A stretch of 63,991 nucleotides of DNA, filler included, from Streblomastix strix (lineage: Eukaryota): the NCBI GenBank assembly GCA_008636045.1. It is 3 parts of 3 records of this genome, joined end to end, with 100 filler letters (N's around TTAATTAATTAA, not from the genome) between each part and the next. Parts side by side here need not be neighbours in the genome. Positions count along the whole stretch, not along the records: positions 22,198 to 44,254 come from SNRW01000340.1; positions 44,355 to 63,991 come from SNRW01000499.1; 1 more part is not named here. One strand, written 5' to 3'. Both the position numbers and the translations under genes were made by a program. The notes beneath the pieces were generated by a model. It did not search any database and had not been told where the DNA came from. It was given only the letters and a program-made list of their open reading frames with translations. The number at the start of each line of letters is the position of its first letter. Within the stretch, counting starts at the first letter, position 1. Shown in pieces: positions 37,934 through 49,500 of the stretch.

Positions 37934-40900
37934 TCAAGCTTTATTATTATCTTTTTATTCATCCTCGTTTTCAATATCTTTCTCCAATTCCAGTTACTAC
38001 TCATTCTAATCATCTTATTTGACAAATCCATCTTTCTTGTTCAATTATTAATGATCTTTTAATAAATTATAAAACTAAATTGTATTCAATGATGCACTCT
38101 AATATTTACTATTAACTAGATGAATTGGAATTATAATTTCTTTAGAAATCAATTCCTTAGTTTCATTAGATCCCTTTTCAAACAGATTCTGGAGGAGATA
38201 TATTATATTTTCAATTTTATTCAATTCTTCTTTATCATTAATTAGTTTATTCATGTCAATTATAAACTCATTTCCCAAAATCAATTCATGATTATCCAGA
38301 CAACCAGTGAGATTTGTGAGTGCAACAATTGAAGATGAGAGAAGATCAGTGTTTTTTGAATGAATCTGATTCTTAAGGAGATTAATTACTTCATTACTAA
38401 ACTCATGTGGAAGTGGCTATGCTGAATGTATAATACCAATTATACATGCTGAATATCCTTTGACTTCTTTATCCTTATATTTATTGTTGTGAATGATATC
38501 AAGGAGTTTATTTAATAATCCATATCTCTGAAAATTCTCTTGAAATTGATGACTATTTTCAATTAAGTCTTATTTAATTATTTCATTTATTAAATTAATT
38601 TGTTTTAATAGATTATACTTCAATATATTTTCATTCTAACAGACCAAAATTTTCTTAATGAATTTCAGCATTCCTTCCTGAATTCTTTCTTCTCTTCTAT
38701 AAGATTGATCTTGAATTAAACACTCATAAAATGGTTAGTAATATCTGGGAAATATCATATCAAGTGAAAATGAAGTGATTATGCGGATTATATGATCAAA
38801 AATACCAAATTATTTGGCTTTGTTACAATTCTGCTGGTTTCCTTCAATGGTTCTGCAGAGGTTCTCACATACAACATCTCTTTGCAGAATCGAAATACAT
38901 GAAAACAATTCAAGTTTCTACTTAATCTCTTCTAAACTCATCTTTAATTCAAATAAATCACTCTCAGCTTATATTTATTCCTCAGTTGCAGCATATGACA
39001 ATGAAATTGTCTGATTCTGATGGTTGAGCTCCAATGAAGAAGAAGATAATGTTGATTATAATACATCAGAAGTTGGTGATTAACTTGGTTGGACAAAATC
39101 TAATGATATTAACGCACTTTTAAATGCATCAGATTCTGGTGCTTATTATTCTTATTATTATTCTTGTTCTTATTCTTATTATGTTTATGTATTGTCTTTA
39201 TATTTATCCATCTATTTTTATTTATCTTTTCCATCATCCTTATTTTCTTACTTATCCTTATGATCTTATTCCTATTCATTATTGAGGCTATCAATATTCT
39301 GCTAGAATTACTTTATCACAGATTCTTCAACAATAAAAGAAGGCTCCTTATCAAATTGAGAGATATAAATATTTCCTTTCTTTTCTGCTTTCTTTGCTTA
39401 TTTGGAGATCTTCCTCTGATCTGGTGTTGTATCAATTTATGCCTATGTTCCAGTGAAGTATTTATGTTGAAGTGCTTCTGTTGCTGAGAATCTGTAATGG
39501 GGATCAAATTTCAGCATCATTTACAGCTAATCCCAAAAAGTATCATTTTGAATTTCTTTGGGTCTTTCAATTCTTTTCGTTTTGTTTATCTTCCTATATT
39601 AGTATAGAATAATTTGATTAATATTATTTTAAATAAGATTAATTTATTTAATTAGAATATTAATGATAAATAAAAAAATATACTTTAGTTAATCTTCAAA
39701 TGATGCCTCATAAATTGGATATTTATGAACAATAAGTCGATAGAAAACAACACCAACAGAGTAAATGTCTGCCTTTTGAGTCAAAATTACGGGAAATTTG
39801 TATAATTCTGGTGCCTGAATATTATAAATAAAAATTGAGATTAAAAATTAAACATTCAGAGAAAAAAAATTTATTTTTATATCACACCATATATGGATAC
39901 ATTCTGTAAATATAAATAAAAACAAATATTAAAAATGATAACTAAATTAATATTCTGTAAACTAAGCTAGATATTGTGGAGTAAAGATAAGACCTTCCTA
40001 CTTTGTGGAGCTGTAATTGTATATTTTTGTGTGGACAACTTTGGAATTAGGAGGATTATGCATCAAGATGTTAGCACATCTTATATCTCTGATATTCATT
40101 ATAAATAAACAAAAATAATGAAATAAATGTATGAATGAATAAGCAAACTAATGGATAAGTCCCGATTTATGAATGAACTGTATGCCTTCAACTAAAATTA
40201 TATGAATAAATAAATAAAAATAAAATAAAACTTATTAAATAGAACATTTAACATACGGATTTGTTTCAACAGTGCTCTGAGTGTATATGATGGAAGAGGA
40301 ACAAGTGATTGTTAAGCAATTATCTCAAGAGACTAAAAAAATATGATAAAAATAACCAAAAAAAAAATTTGAATGAATTAAAAAGAATATAATGCAAACA
40401 TTCGAATTAGCATATTCAAGTGTAAAATAAGGATATTGATTTTAATCATTATATGTAAAATATTTCAATAAGAAATCATTGTCCAATTTTACTCTCCTAA
40501 ATAAAAAAATACATGTGAGAAAAAAAAATTATTTAAAAAAGGTTAAAAAAATATTAAAACTTCAGAAACTAATCTATAACTTAAGCATCAGTAGGGCCAA
40601 ATTCCTTCTAAACAATTTTTATTGTGATAATTCCTCTCTAATAATGATATGCCTGGTATATGCTTTATGAAATTAATATGAAAGGATTAAAAAAAATAAA
40701 TTTAAAAACAGAACTGTTGCATACCATCCATATGGTCCTTTGCCTAAATAAAAAGTAATTATTATAATTTTTTTATAATTTTAATTTAAAAAATATTCTA
40801 ATACCAAGAACGCGGATTGGCTTTTGAGAAGACAAAATTTTTGATTTCAAGTGAATATAAGAGAAATAATTTAATCTATAAGCTTATAAAAATATGCTAA

Positions 40901-40940
40901 CCACAATTGATTGATAACGAAGAAAATCTTCAAAATCCAT
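37934..40940 (-). CDS. Protein kinase-like (probable pseudokinase) fused to an ARM-like helical domain, many introns
   Basis: MDFEDFL...PIRVLGKGPYG...ITIKIV...TLEYAN...LKQILEGIQFIHKSGLIHQDIRCANIL...KIYNYS...YMAPELY...KADIYSVG...FDPHYRFSATEALQHKYF; first in-frame TGA at 37934. Confidence 0.75.
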
Positions 40941-41226
40941 TTGGTGCTCAAAAGGCTCAGATTAAAGGCAATTAAAAATTTCGAGAGGAAAAATCCGAAC
41001 TTTCTGTACGTTAGTTTGGCACCCCCTATAATGATATTTAAATCCACTTTATATTTTTTTAACAAATTATCAAAGAATTGGTTTGTGTTTTCGAAATAAT
41101 TAACAGAATTAAAGTTGTTGATTCTCAAAAAAAATATTCGTTTACAATTAAATTCAGTTTAGAATACTTTATTCCTTAAATTCAAACCTCCATTAACATA
41201 TATAATAGGAATATATCAATTGTTCA

Positions 41227-41830
41227 TCATGATTCAATCTTTTCAATTAGATCAATTCGTTTCTAATGTCTTTCTTCTTCTGAAAAAGGTGTTGTTAAAA
41301 ATGTAGAGACAATATCCTTTGCAAGATCTACTCCAACAATACGAGCTCCAAGTGCAAGTACATTCGCATTGTTATGCTGACCAAATAAATAAATATTATG
41401 TGAATATAAATCAATAAATAGTAAAGGATGAATAAAAACCTATTTGCAAAGTCTAGCTGTTGTTACATCATGACACAAAGCACAACGAATTCCTCTCACT
41501 TTATTAGCAGAAATACTTATTCCAATCCCTGTCCCACAAATAGTGATTCCAATTCCTTTCTATTTCACAACATTCTCACCTACTAAATGTCCAAATGTTG
41601 GATAGTCGCAAGATTCTTATGAATGAGTACCAACATCAATAATATCATATTGAGGAAATGATGATTATATATGTGAGATTATAAGACTTTTCAGTTCATA
41701 TGCAGCTAAGGGTAAAATGATATAAAATAATGATCAAGTTCATGAAATTGAAGAATTAATACAAACCATGATCACTTCCAATAAAGAGTTTGATTTTATT
41801 TGATGATGTATCTTGAACTTGCTACGTCAT
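41227..41830 (-). CDS. rpiB: Ribose-5-phosphate isomerase B (bacterial-type), 2 introns
   Basis: IGSDHAAYELK...DVGTHS.ESCDYP...[25 protein letters not shown]...[12 protein letters not shown]...RHQKRID; ends TGA TGA. Confidence 0.93.
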
Positions 41831-42019
41831 TTATCTAATTTAAATATTTTAAAAAATAAATAAAAGGAAAAAATAGAATAACTTATTAATATATTAAAGA
41901 TTGATATTTAAAAAAGTATTGAAGTAAATAGATAATTGTTGAAATATTAATATCAATTATTTGACAGGACCATAACCTATGTTGAAATTTGAATAATTGA
42001 TTTTGAAATATATTTATAA

Positions 42020-42415
42020 TTATAAATAAATAAATTTAAACATATTATAATCTGCATTTATCGCATTATTTGTGTTTTAGTTTTGAAAATTTGCAGTAGG
42101 AATTGCAGAATGTAATGAGTTTCAAAAGTGGGTAAATTATCTGACTAAATAAGACAAAAATATATTTTGACAGGCATAATGAAAACGAATTAATAATTAG
42201 TGTGTAAGGTTTGGCAGATGATTTTTCTAAAATCTGCATTTTCTCTCCAAACATTAACTAAATATATTGATATGTTTATGATTAAATAAATACGAATATA
42301 AAAGTGAAATTATTAATGTTAAAAATGAATAAAAACCAGATGTTCAACAAATTAACTTTTAAGCTCAAATATTTCAATTGCCGATTTCTTCATATTAAAT
42401 TCATTAAAATATTTA
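42020..42415 (+). repeat. Dispersed repeat family B, copy 2 (upstream of rpiB)
   Basis: Direct-orientation homologue of ~35200-35600. Confidence 0.8.
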
Positions 42416-42504
42416 ATCTGTTAATAAAGTGATAACTTGTACTGATTTAATTTATTTGCTTAAACAAACATTGAAAAAATAGATTGATCATGCAGATTTT
42501 TTGC

Positions 42505-42762
42505 TCATGCAGACTTTTTGCTCATTCGGTATATTAATAGCCCAAGCGCGCCTACTGATACTATCACAGCCGCTGTAATTCCCAATACTTTGGTTATTTT
42601 CCCAGTTGTAGCTTCTTTTTTCTTTTCTTATTAGGCATCATTTTATCTTGCGACTCGAACATCATGTTGCTTCTTCTTCTACTTTTTTGTCTAGTTCTCG
42701 TGTGAGCGTACTTTATTACCATTTTTGACGTGCTTAAAACTCTCTGTCTTAATGTGTATCAT
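42505..42762 (-). CDS. Small basic protein with a C-terminal transmembrane helix (tail-anchored-like), 85 aa; an upstream exon is possible
   Basis: MIHIKTESF...KKQKKKQHDVRVARQNDAQQEKKKEATTGKITKVLGITAAVIVSVGALGLLIYRMSKKSA*; visible only with TAR=Gln. Confidence 0.6.
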
Positions 42763-43446
42763 CTATGCAAATTAAAAACGAAAAATTAATTTTGTGTTCT
42801 AACAGCAAGTATTCTATTGTTTTGTTAGTTAAATATATATATAAATAAAGTTTTATTTCTAAATTTATAATATTCTAAATATCTTAGCTTAAAATAGCAT
42901 GTAGAAAGTCGAATTTGTTTTCAAATAGCAACAGTTCGCGTTATGTAATCTATTAACGTTAAAAATTAGTATAAAAATATACATATATAAATTGTAATTA
43001 TATAGATAGCAATTCAAATAGCTTTGGATATTCCAGCCTTGAAAATTTGATGGTGAAAAATAGAATTTTCAAGGAATTCTTCCGTCTTATTATAAATTCT
43101 TAATCATCTTATAATTCATAACATACATATATAATATCATTTTATATTCAATTTTTCCTATTTAAAACTGTCAATATTCAACAAATATCTCCTGAAATAT
43201 TTTGCGCTATAACTCAAATATTGTAATGATTGTGAATCATAGCTTTTAATTTCTTATTTAAATATTATTATCTTATCATTATGAATATATTTATATTAAT
43301 TATTTTTTTTTATATTATCTGATTTAAAAGTTAAACTATTTTGTATGATTTTTTATTTTTTTTATTTTATTTTTTAATTTTGTGTACATCTAACATTTTT
43401 AAAATGAATTTTTATATATTTAATTGTTTAAGAGAGATTTTTCTTA

Positions 43447-44254
43447 ATGACAGATAATCATATTCCTCTCCGCTCAGAGATACCTGCAAAGTACAAATGG
43501 AATATTTTAGCGTTTGCTTTGCTTTATTTTTAGCTAATTTGCTGATAAATATAGCCTTTTTATCAATTTGTTAATTTCTTAGTGTTTATCCATCTGATGA
43601 AGCTTGGAACGAAGATTACAAGTCAATTGATGAGATGATAGAGCCACTAAATAAATTAAAAGGAAAACTAAACGAAGGAGCTGACCGTGTTGTAGAAGCT
43701 TTTAAAGTATACCTTTTATAATTTATGAAGAATTTTTACAATTATTTTATAGATAAAAGATTAAATATAGGAGAAATTAGAAAAATTGGAAGTATATGCC
43801 AAAGTAAACCATTTCATTGATAAGACAGATAGTATTCATCTTGCAATATATGATCGAATCTACAGTAAATTCTCAGAAGTGGCTTCTTAGACATCCTGGA
43901 TACGTCCTGAGCTTCTTTCATTACCAGATGATAGATTAGAAGAATATCGTAAGTTTGAAGGAATGCAATTCTGGCTTCGAACATATGATGAGATAATCAG
44001 ATACAAAACACACACACTATCAAAAGAAGAAGAAGGAATACTCTCTCTTGCTGGATCTGCTCTTCAGACAAGTGCAGATACTTACTTACTATTAACTGAT
44101 GCAGATATGAAGTATGGGAATGTTGTAGATGATGAAGGAAATGAGGTTGAACTCTCAAATGGTAATTATATCAAATTCCTTCATTCATTGAATAGAGATG
44201 TGAGAAAGGGGGCTTGGATGGCTGTTTATAATGCTCATATTGCTCTGAAGAATA
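43447..44254 (+). CDS. pepF: Oligoendopeptidase F (M3B family), 3'-truncated by the contig end, 2 introns
   Basis: LRSEIPAKYKWNIL.VYPSDEAW...TSWIRPELLSL...RYKTHTLSKEEEGIL...LTDADMKYG...ELSNGNY...RDVRKGAW. Confidence 0.88.
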
Positions 44255-44354
44255 NNNNNNNNNNNNNNNNNNNNNNNNNNNNNNNNNNNNNNNNNNNNTT
44301 AATTAATTAANNNNNNNNNNNNNNNNNNNNNNNNNNNNNNNNNNNNNNNNNNNN
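44255..44354. other. Artificial contig linker (TTAATTAATTAA at 44299-44310)
   Basis: Same structure as 22098-22197. Confidence 0.97.
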
Positions 44355-44643
44355 ATTCAAGAAAAAAATTCGGAATTATATTTTTTGCACTTTTTTCTAG
44401 ATATGCAAAATTAAGTTTTTTACATTTACGAAAATTATTTTTAAAATTATTTTAAATATTTTTATATAAAAAAATTTGCAACGTTGCTCGAGGGCGGAAC
44501 CACCCATGTGGACATTCTCTGATAAAACTGATATGTTTGTTATTAGTCAATAATGCTCTCGTGGTAACCTAAGAAAAATTATAGCAGAACTTCAAAAATT
44601 TCCATATGAAGAACATTTGACTGTATATTAAATTTATTTATTA

Positions 44644-46241
44644 CAGCTATGTCTTTTAGGCCTGGATAGTACTTTGAAACTGGACATCATTACATCTCGG
44701 AAAATGTTTTGAATTATTTTTTTTTGTAAAGCACAATAACGATAATTATTAACTATTGATCGTATCAATGAGATATTAACTGAAATTTATAACCGCCATA
44801 TAGCAGTAAGAATTAGCGGAAGACTCGAGGCGTAACCAACATTTTCTTACAAAGAACAAATTCTCAACCTTTGGCGAGAATTAAAAGAAATTCCTGAAAT
44901 CTCAGTTTCATATCGAATGTTAGAATCTTTATTTGGGATGAAAAAATCTAAACTAAATGAAATAATGTTGAAGAGTCGGAAGCATGAACGAGACATTCCG
45001 AATCGTCGGCGATTTACTGACATGGATGAAATGGTAATTCATGCATAAATTGTAGAAAATTTCACCTCTGGAAAACCACTGACATATTCATCATTTATAG
45101 AGTTCGTATTAAATGAATATGTATGTATAATTGGCAGGGCATTTGTGAACAGTTTCCTGAAGCATTATGATAACTAAGTTGCACAGAAATGGTGTCGTCC
45201 GCGGGAACATGATCGCATGGAGGTAAGTAGAGATGATGTACAACGTTATAGTTATGATTTGGAGGTACACGTCGTTGGCAAACCTACATGCGCAATATTG
45301 GATGTCGACCAGTCTGGATGTTAATATTGACCAGATGCTCATCCATAATTAAAGTTCGTGAGTGCAAATGCAATACGTGGATAATTGAAACATAAAGTTA
45401 AACATGACAGATAGTTATTTACAGCCATTCCTTGCATCACACTTTGCGGTGACATAATTTTATCATTGTTTATCACGAAACGATTAACTCTGGATGCTGA
45501 TGTACTCTCCACTGGGTTAAGACTATACGAGGATATTATAGTTGTGCATTGAGCAAAAGGATATGTGAACACACAGATCATAGACGCGTGGACGCAAAAC
45601 GTCGTTGTTCCATATATTGATAGCCATCGGACGTTGAAGTTAGGCGTATAAGAGGAAGCAATACTATAGCTTGATAATCTTGCCGCTCTCAAGAATGAAG
45701 AATTTGTATAGATATTAGTACAAGCGCACATCAGACCGATTTACATTCCATAACATTCTTCGCACGCACTTTATGATGAAGATTTACTGGCATTTGCCTT
45801 ATTGAAACTAGAACTGAATAAATCTAATAATATTTATGACGTCAGAACGTAAGCGCTACGTATTTCAAACCTGGTCGCAGCGATAGGGGCTGCAACAACA
45901 CCGTCGCGAAACCGTTCATCCTTTCTATGAGCAAGGATTGCTTCAAAAGTAGCACATGGGCGTATTGAGGCAGTAATTGAAGAAATTCAATGGAACAAAA
46001 AATTACTCGATCTGTTTCCCGCTGATATTGTGCAAAAATGATAAAAATTTTTAATAAGCAACATAAAAAAGTAAATCATACATTTCATATTATTTCACTA
46101 CACTTACTGTCACTAATATAAATTTTAAATGCTACTACTTCACTACCCAAATAAGCCTCGCTTTTGAAAAAACATTTCTAAATTTATAGCACAATGGGCG
46201 TCCGGTTGCAAAGTACTGTCCGGGCCCAAAAGACACAGCTA
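44644..46241 (+). mobile_element. pogo/Fot1-type DNA transposon, decayed copy in a kinase intron
   Basis: Imperfect ~41-bp TIRs (CAGCTATGTCTTTTAGGCCTGGATAGTACTTTG / GTACTGTCCGGGCCCAAAAGACACAGCT), TA at the left end; transposase frame ~44731-46041 collinear with the 49711-51045 protein but with TGA at 45328, 45550, 45928. Confidence 0.85.
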
Positions 46242-49200
46242 TGCTGTTACAAATTTTTATTCATATTTTTTGAATAGAATGTATGGGAGCTATTTGCATA
46301 GATTATCCTTAAATTAGACCACCTTCATTTTCATGAGGGTATGCACCGGTTTGTGGATATTTTTATTCATTTTAATATTTTACCATTAATTATAATCAGT
46401 GATTTCAAACCCGAGAATATCATTGATATATCTGATGAAACCGTAAGACTTGGTATATAAATGATTATATCCGTATTAATATTTATATTTAATTCATCTT
46501 TTATTAATCAACAGGTAATTTCGGCCTTGCAAATGAATCAACAAATAAGGATTATACTAATTTTGCTGGGACGAAGTTTATTCATCTTTTTTAATTAACC
46601 ATTAATCAATAAATTTACACTCTTTTTTATTTTCTTGGTTCATACAGAATGTACATGGCAGCTGAAGTTTGGATGACGAAGAGGTGTGAAACAAAGGATA
46701 TTTCTAAAATTAAACAAAAATATTATTTCTTTTTTTATATTTTTTATTCGTAAAATGGACTACTGCTCGGACATCTTTACAACAAGTGCAGTTATTTATG
46801 AACTTATAATTGGAAGACATCCTTTTAATGCACCTTCTTAACAAGAAATGGTTAAAAGAATAAAAAAAAGGTGATGTTGATTTGATGCCATCTTATGTAC
46901 CTGCTGATTTGAAAAAATTTTATTATCCATATTAAGCCCAGTTTGATATTATTGAAATTATTCACTTAAATAAATATTAGTCATATTTTTTAATAATTCT
47001 TTTATTATCTTCACTATAATTACTAAATATAGGATCATATCAAACGACCTTCAACAAAAGACATTATGGAAATAGAAACAGTAAAGGAAAATTATTCATA
47101 AATTTGAAGAGAAATAACATTTAATCGATTAATAAGGAGAAAAGAAACAATAATGTGTAATCTTATCAACAATTAAGTCAATCGTTTATGAACAATTAAA
47201 AGTAATTTAATCTAATCTTTAATCATAATATAAAGAAGAATCTTCTATATATGATAAAAAAAATATATAAGCATAATTATTGAGATCGATTCGTTCAGTT
47301 CAGACAGTGGTTAGTTATTAATGGCTGAAGAAATGAAAATTGCTGCAAAGAAATAATAATAAACACTATAAAAGTATAATTAAATAATTTTCGTAACAAC
47401 CTTCAAAATATAGATTCTACTTTCTAAATAGGGTTTATTGTTGAACTTGTTGATTTAATTTAACGTGATTCAAATGATCATGAATACATTGATGCAATTA
47501 TAATACTGAACATCATATATGAAAGTACAACATCAGAATATTCTGAAATGATGTTTGAGATAAACACAATAAAATCGTTAATACTTTAATTGAAAATCAA
47601 AGATTATGTTGTTCGAAAAAACGTCCTTTAAATATTTGCCAATATTATTAAGAATGTAAGGAAATTAACATTGCAATCGTATACGAATTATTAATAATAA
47701 CAATCAGTAAATTAATAATAATTATTAAATTAATATTAAACAAAAGCTTCAAAATAATAAATTACATCTTCGACCTGATTTTTTTCATTTATGAATTTTT
47801 CTCCTCATCTTCAACAACTTCTACTTTATAAACATTCATTTATCAAGACAATTGAGAAATAAGGAATTATTAATAAATTAATTGATGATATTGCATTGAG
47901 CGAAGAACTTGAAATGCAATTAAAATTTGCAGCATAATAACTTCTAGACATTTTATATGTTAAGGAGTGAAATTTCCTAAAGATAAATTGCACCAATTAA
48001 TTTCAGAACTTTGTGTTAAAACATTGTCAGAAAACGTTGATATCATAAGATTTGCATTGCATTCATTCCTTTACTTAGCTGGGAATTAAGGTTTTTATTA
48101 CAAATTCTTTCATTATTAGTCAATACATATTCAAATATGAATATATAACAAAATAATAATTTTTTAATCATTATAATATTTTTTACTCCTGAATTGATAT
48201 TGAAATGATTATATTTTCATTTTAACAATTAGATAGTCACGATTCAAATGTAGATTCAGATTTTCTTGATATTACTCTGGGGAATTTCAAGAATGTGTTT
48301 GATAATTATATTATTGAATTGAAAAATCTTAGTTTATTTTATGAAGTGAATATTTATTTTATTTAATAAATTTTATATAAATATTTTATTAGAATCATTG
48401 TTTATCTTTTTGGTTTTTAATATTTTCAAACAGAAAAATGACAAATAAATAAAAAATTGATCCGAATATCATATATTTTTCAATATATATTCTTCAATAA
48501 ATATTTATTTATCGGACAAAAATAGCTAAAAGATTAATTAAAACTGAAATTTCATCAAATATGTTGAATATGTTGAAGAAAAATAAATAATATGGAAATG
48601 AAGCAACAGTTCTTGAAAGTATTTTTAGGGACGTTGAAACTATGGATGCATTAATAAAATTGGAAAGAATAATATGTAACCGAAATTAATAATATCAATT
48701 AGAAATATTAAATGCTGGATTAATAGATATGTTGAATAAGAAACTAGAAAATGTTGTAAATATAAAAAAAAGAATTAGATGGAAAAAAAATTTTAATTAG
48801 CAAAATTTTTATTGCATTAACACTTAATAATACATATGCATGCAAGATGATTATTGATGAAAGTAATTTCTTAAACAAATACATCAATATTCTTAATTTC
48901 CTTTCAATTATCAAAGTAAGGGAATATCATCAAAACTTTCTTTATTATCTTTCAATTCATATATCTCCAGAATAAAATAAATAATTATTTGAATTTGGAA
49001 TTGATTAATTAATAATCAAGATGCTAGATAAATAAAATGAAGATAGTGAATTCTAAGCAATGAGTATAATATAGAATTTCATAAAGATTGATATTGATAA
49101 ATTGAAAATTGGAGAATATAACCCATATCTAAAATTACTTTCTTATAATGGAATTTTAACCAAATTAGTCCAAATGTTCATAAACAATGATTTGAAATAT

Positions 49201-49500
49201 ATTCATTAAGATATTGCTGTTATTCTAGCTAAACTCTTCAAAGCACTTCCACTTCCATCAGACATACAAATAAAAGTAATTTTGTCAATCAAAAGTGGAT
49301 ATCATTCAGAAGAACTTACTTATCTTTCTGAATATTAAGGTATAATCTTTTATTACTAATTGAATGTAATTGTATATAATTAAAAATGTAATTATTTTTA
49401 TTTTATTTATAAATTAAAATCTTTGATAATTATATTTATATTTAAACTTTCTACGTTTCCTCTATTTTTTATTATAAACAAAGCTAATCACAATGCAATA

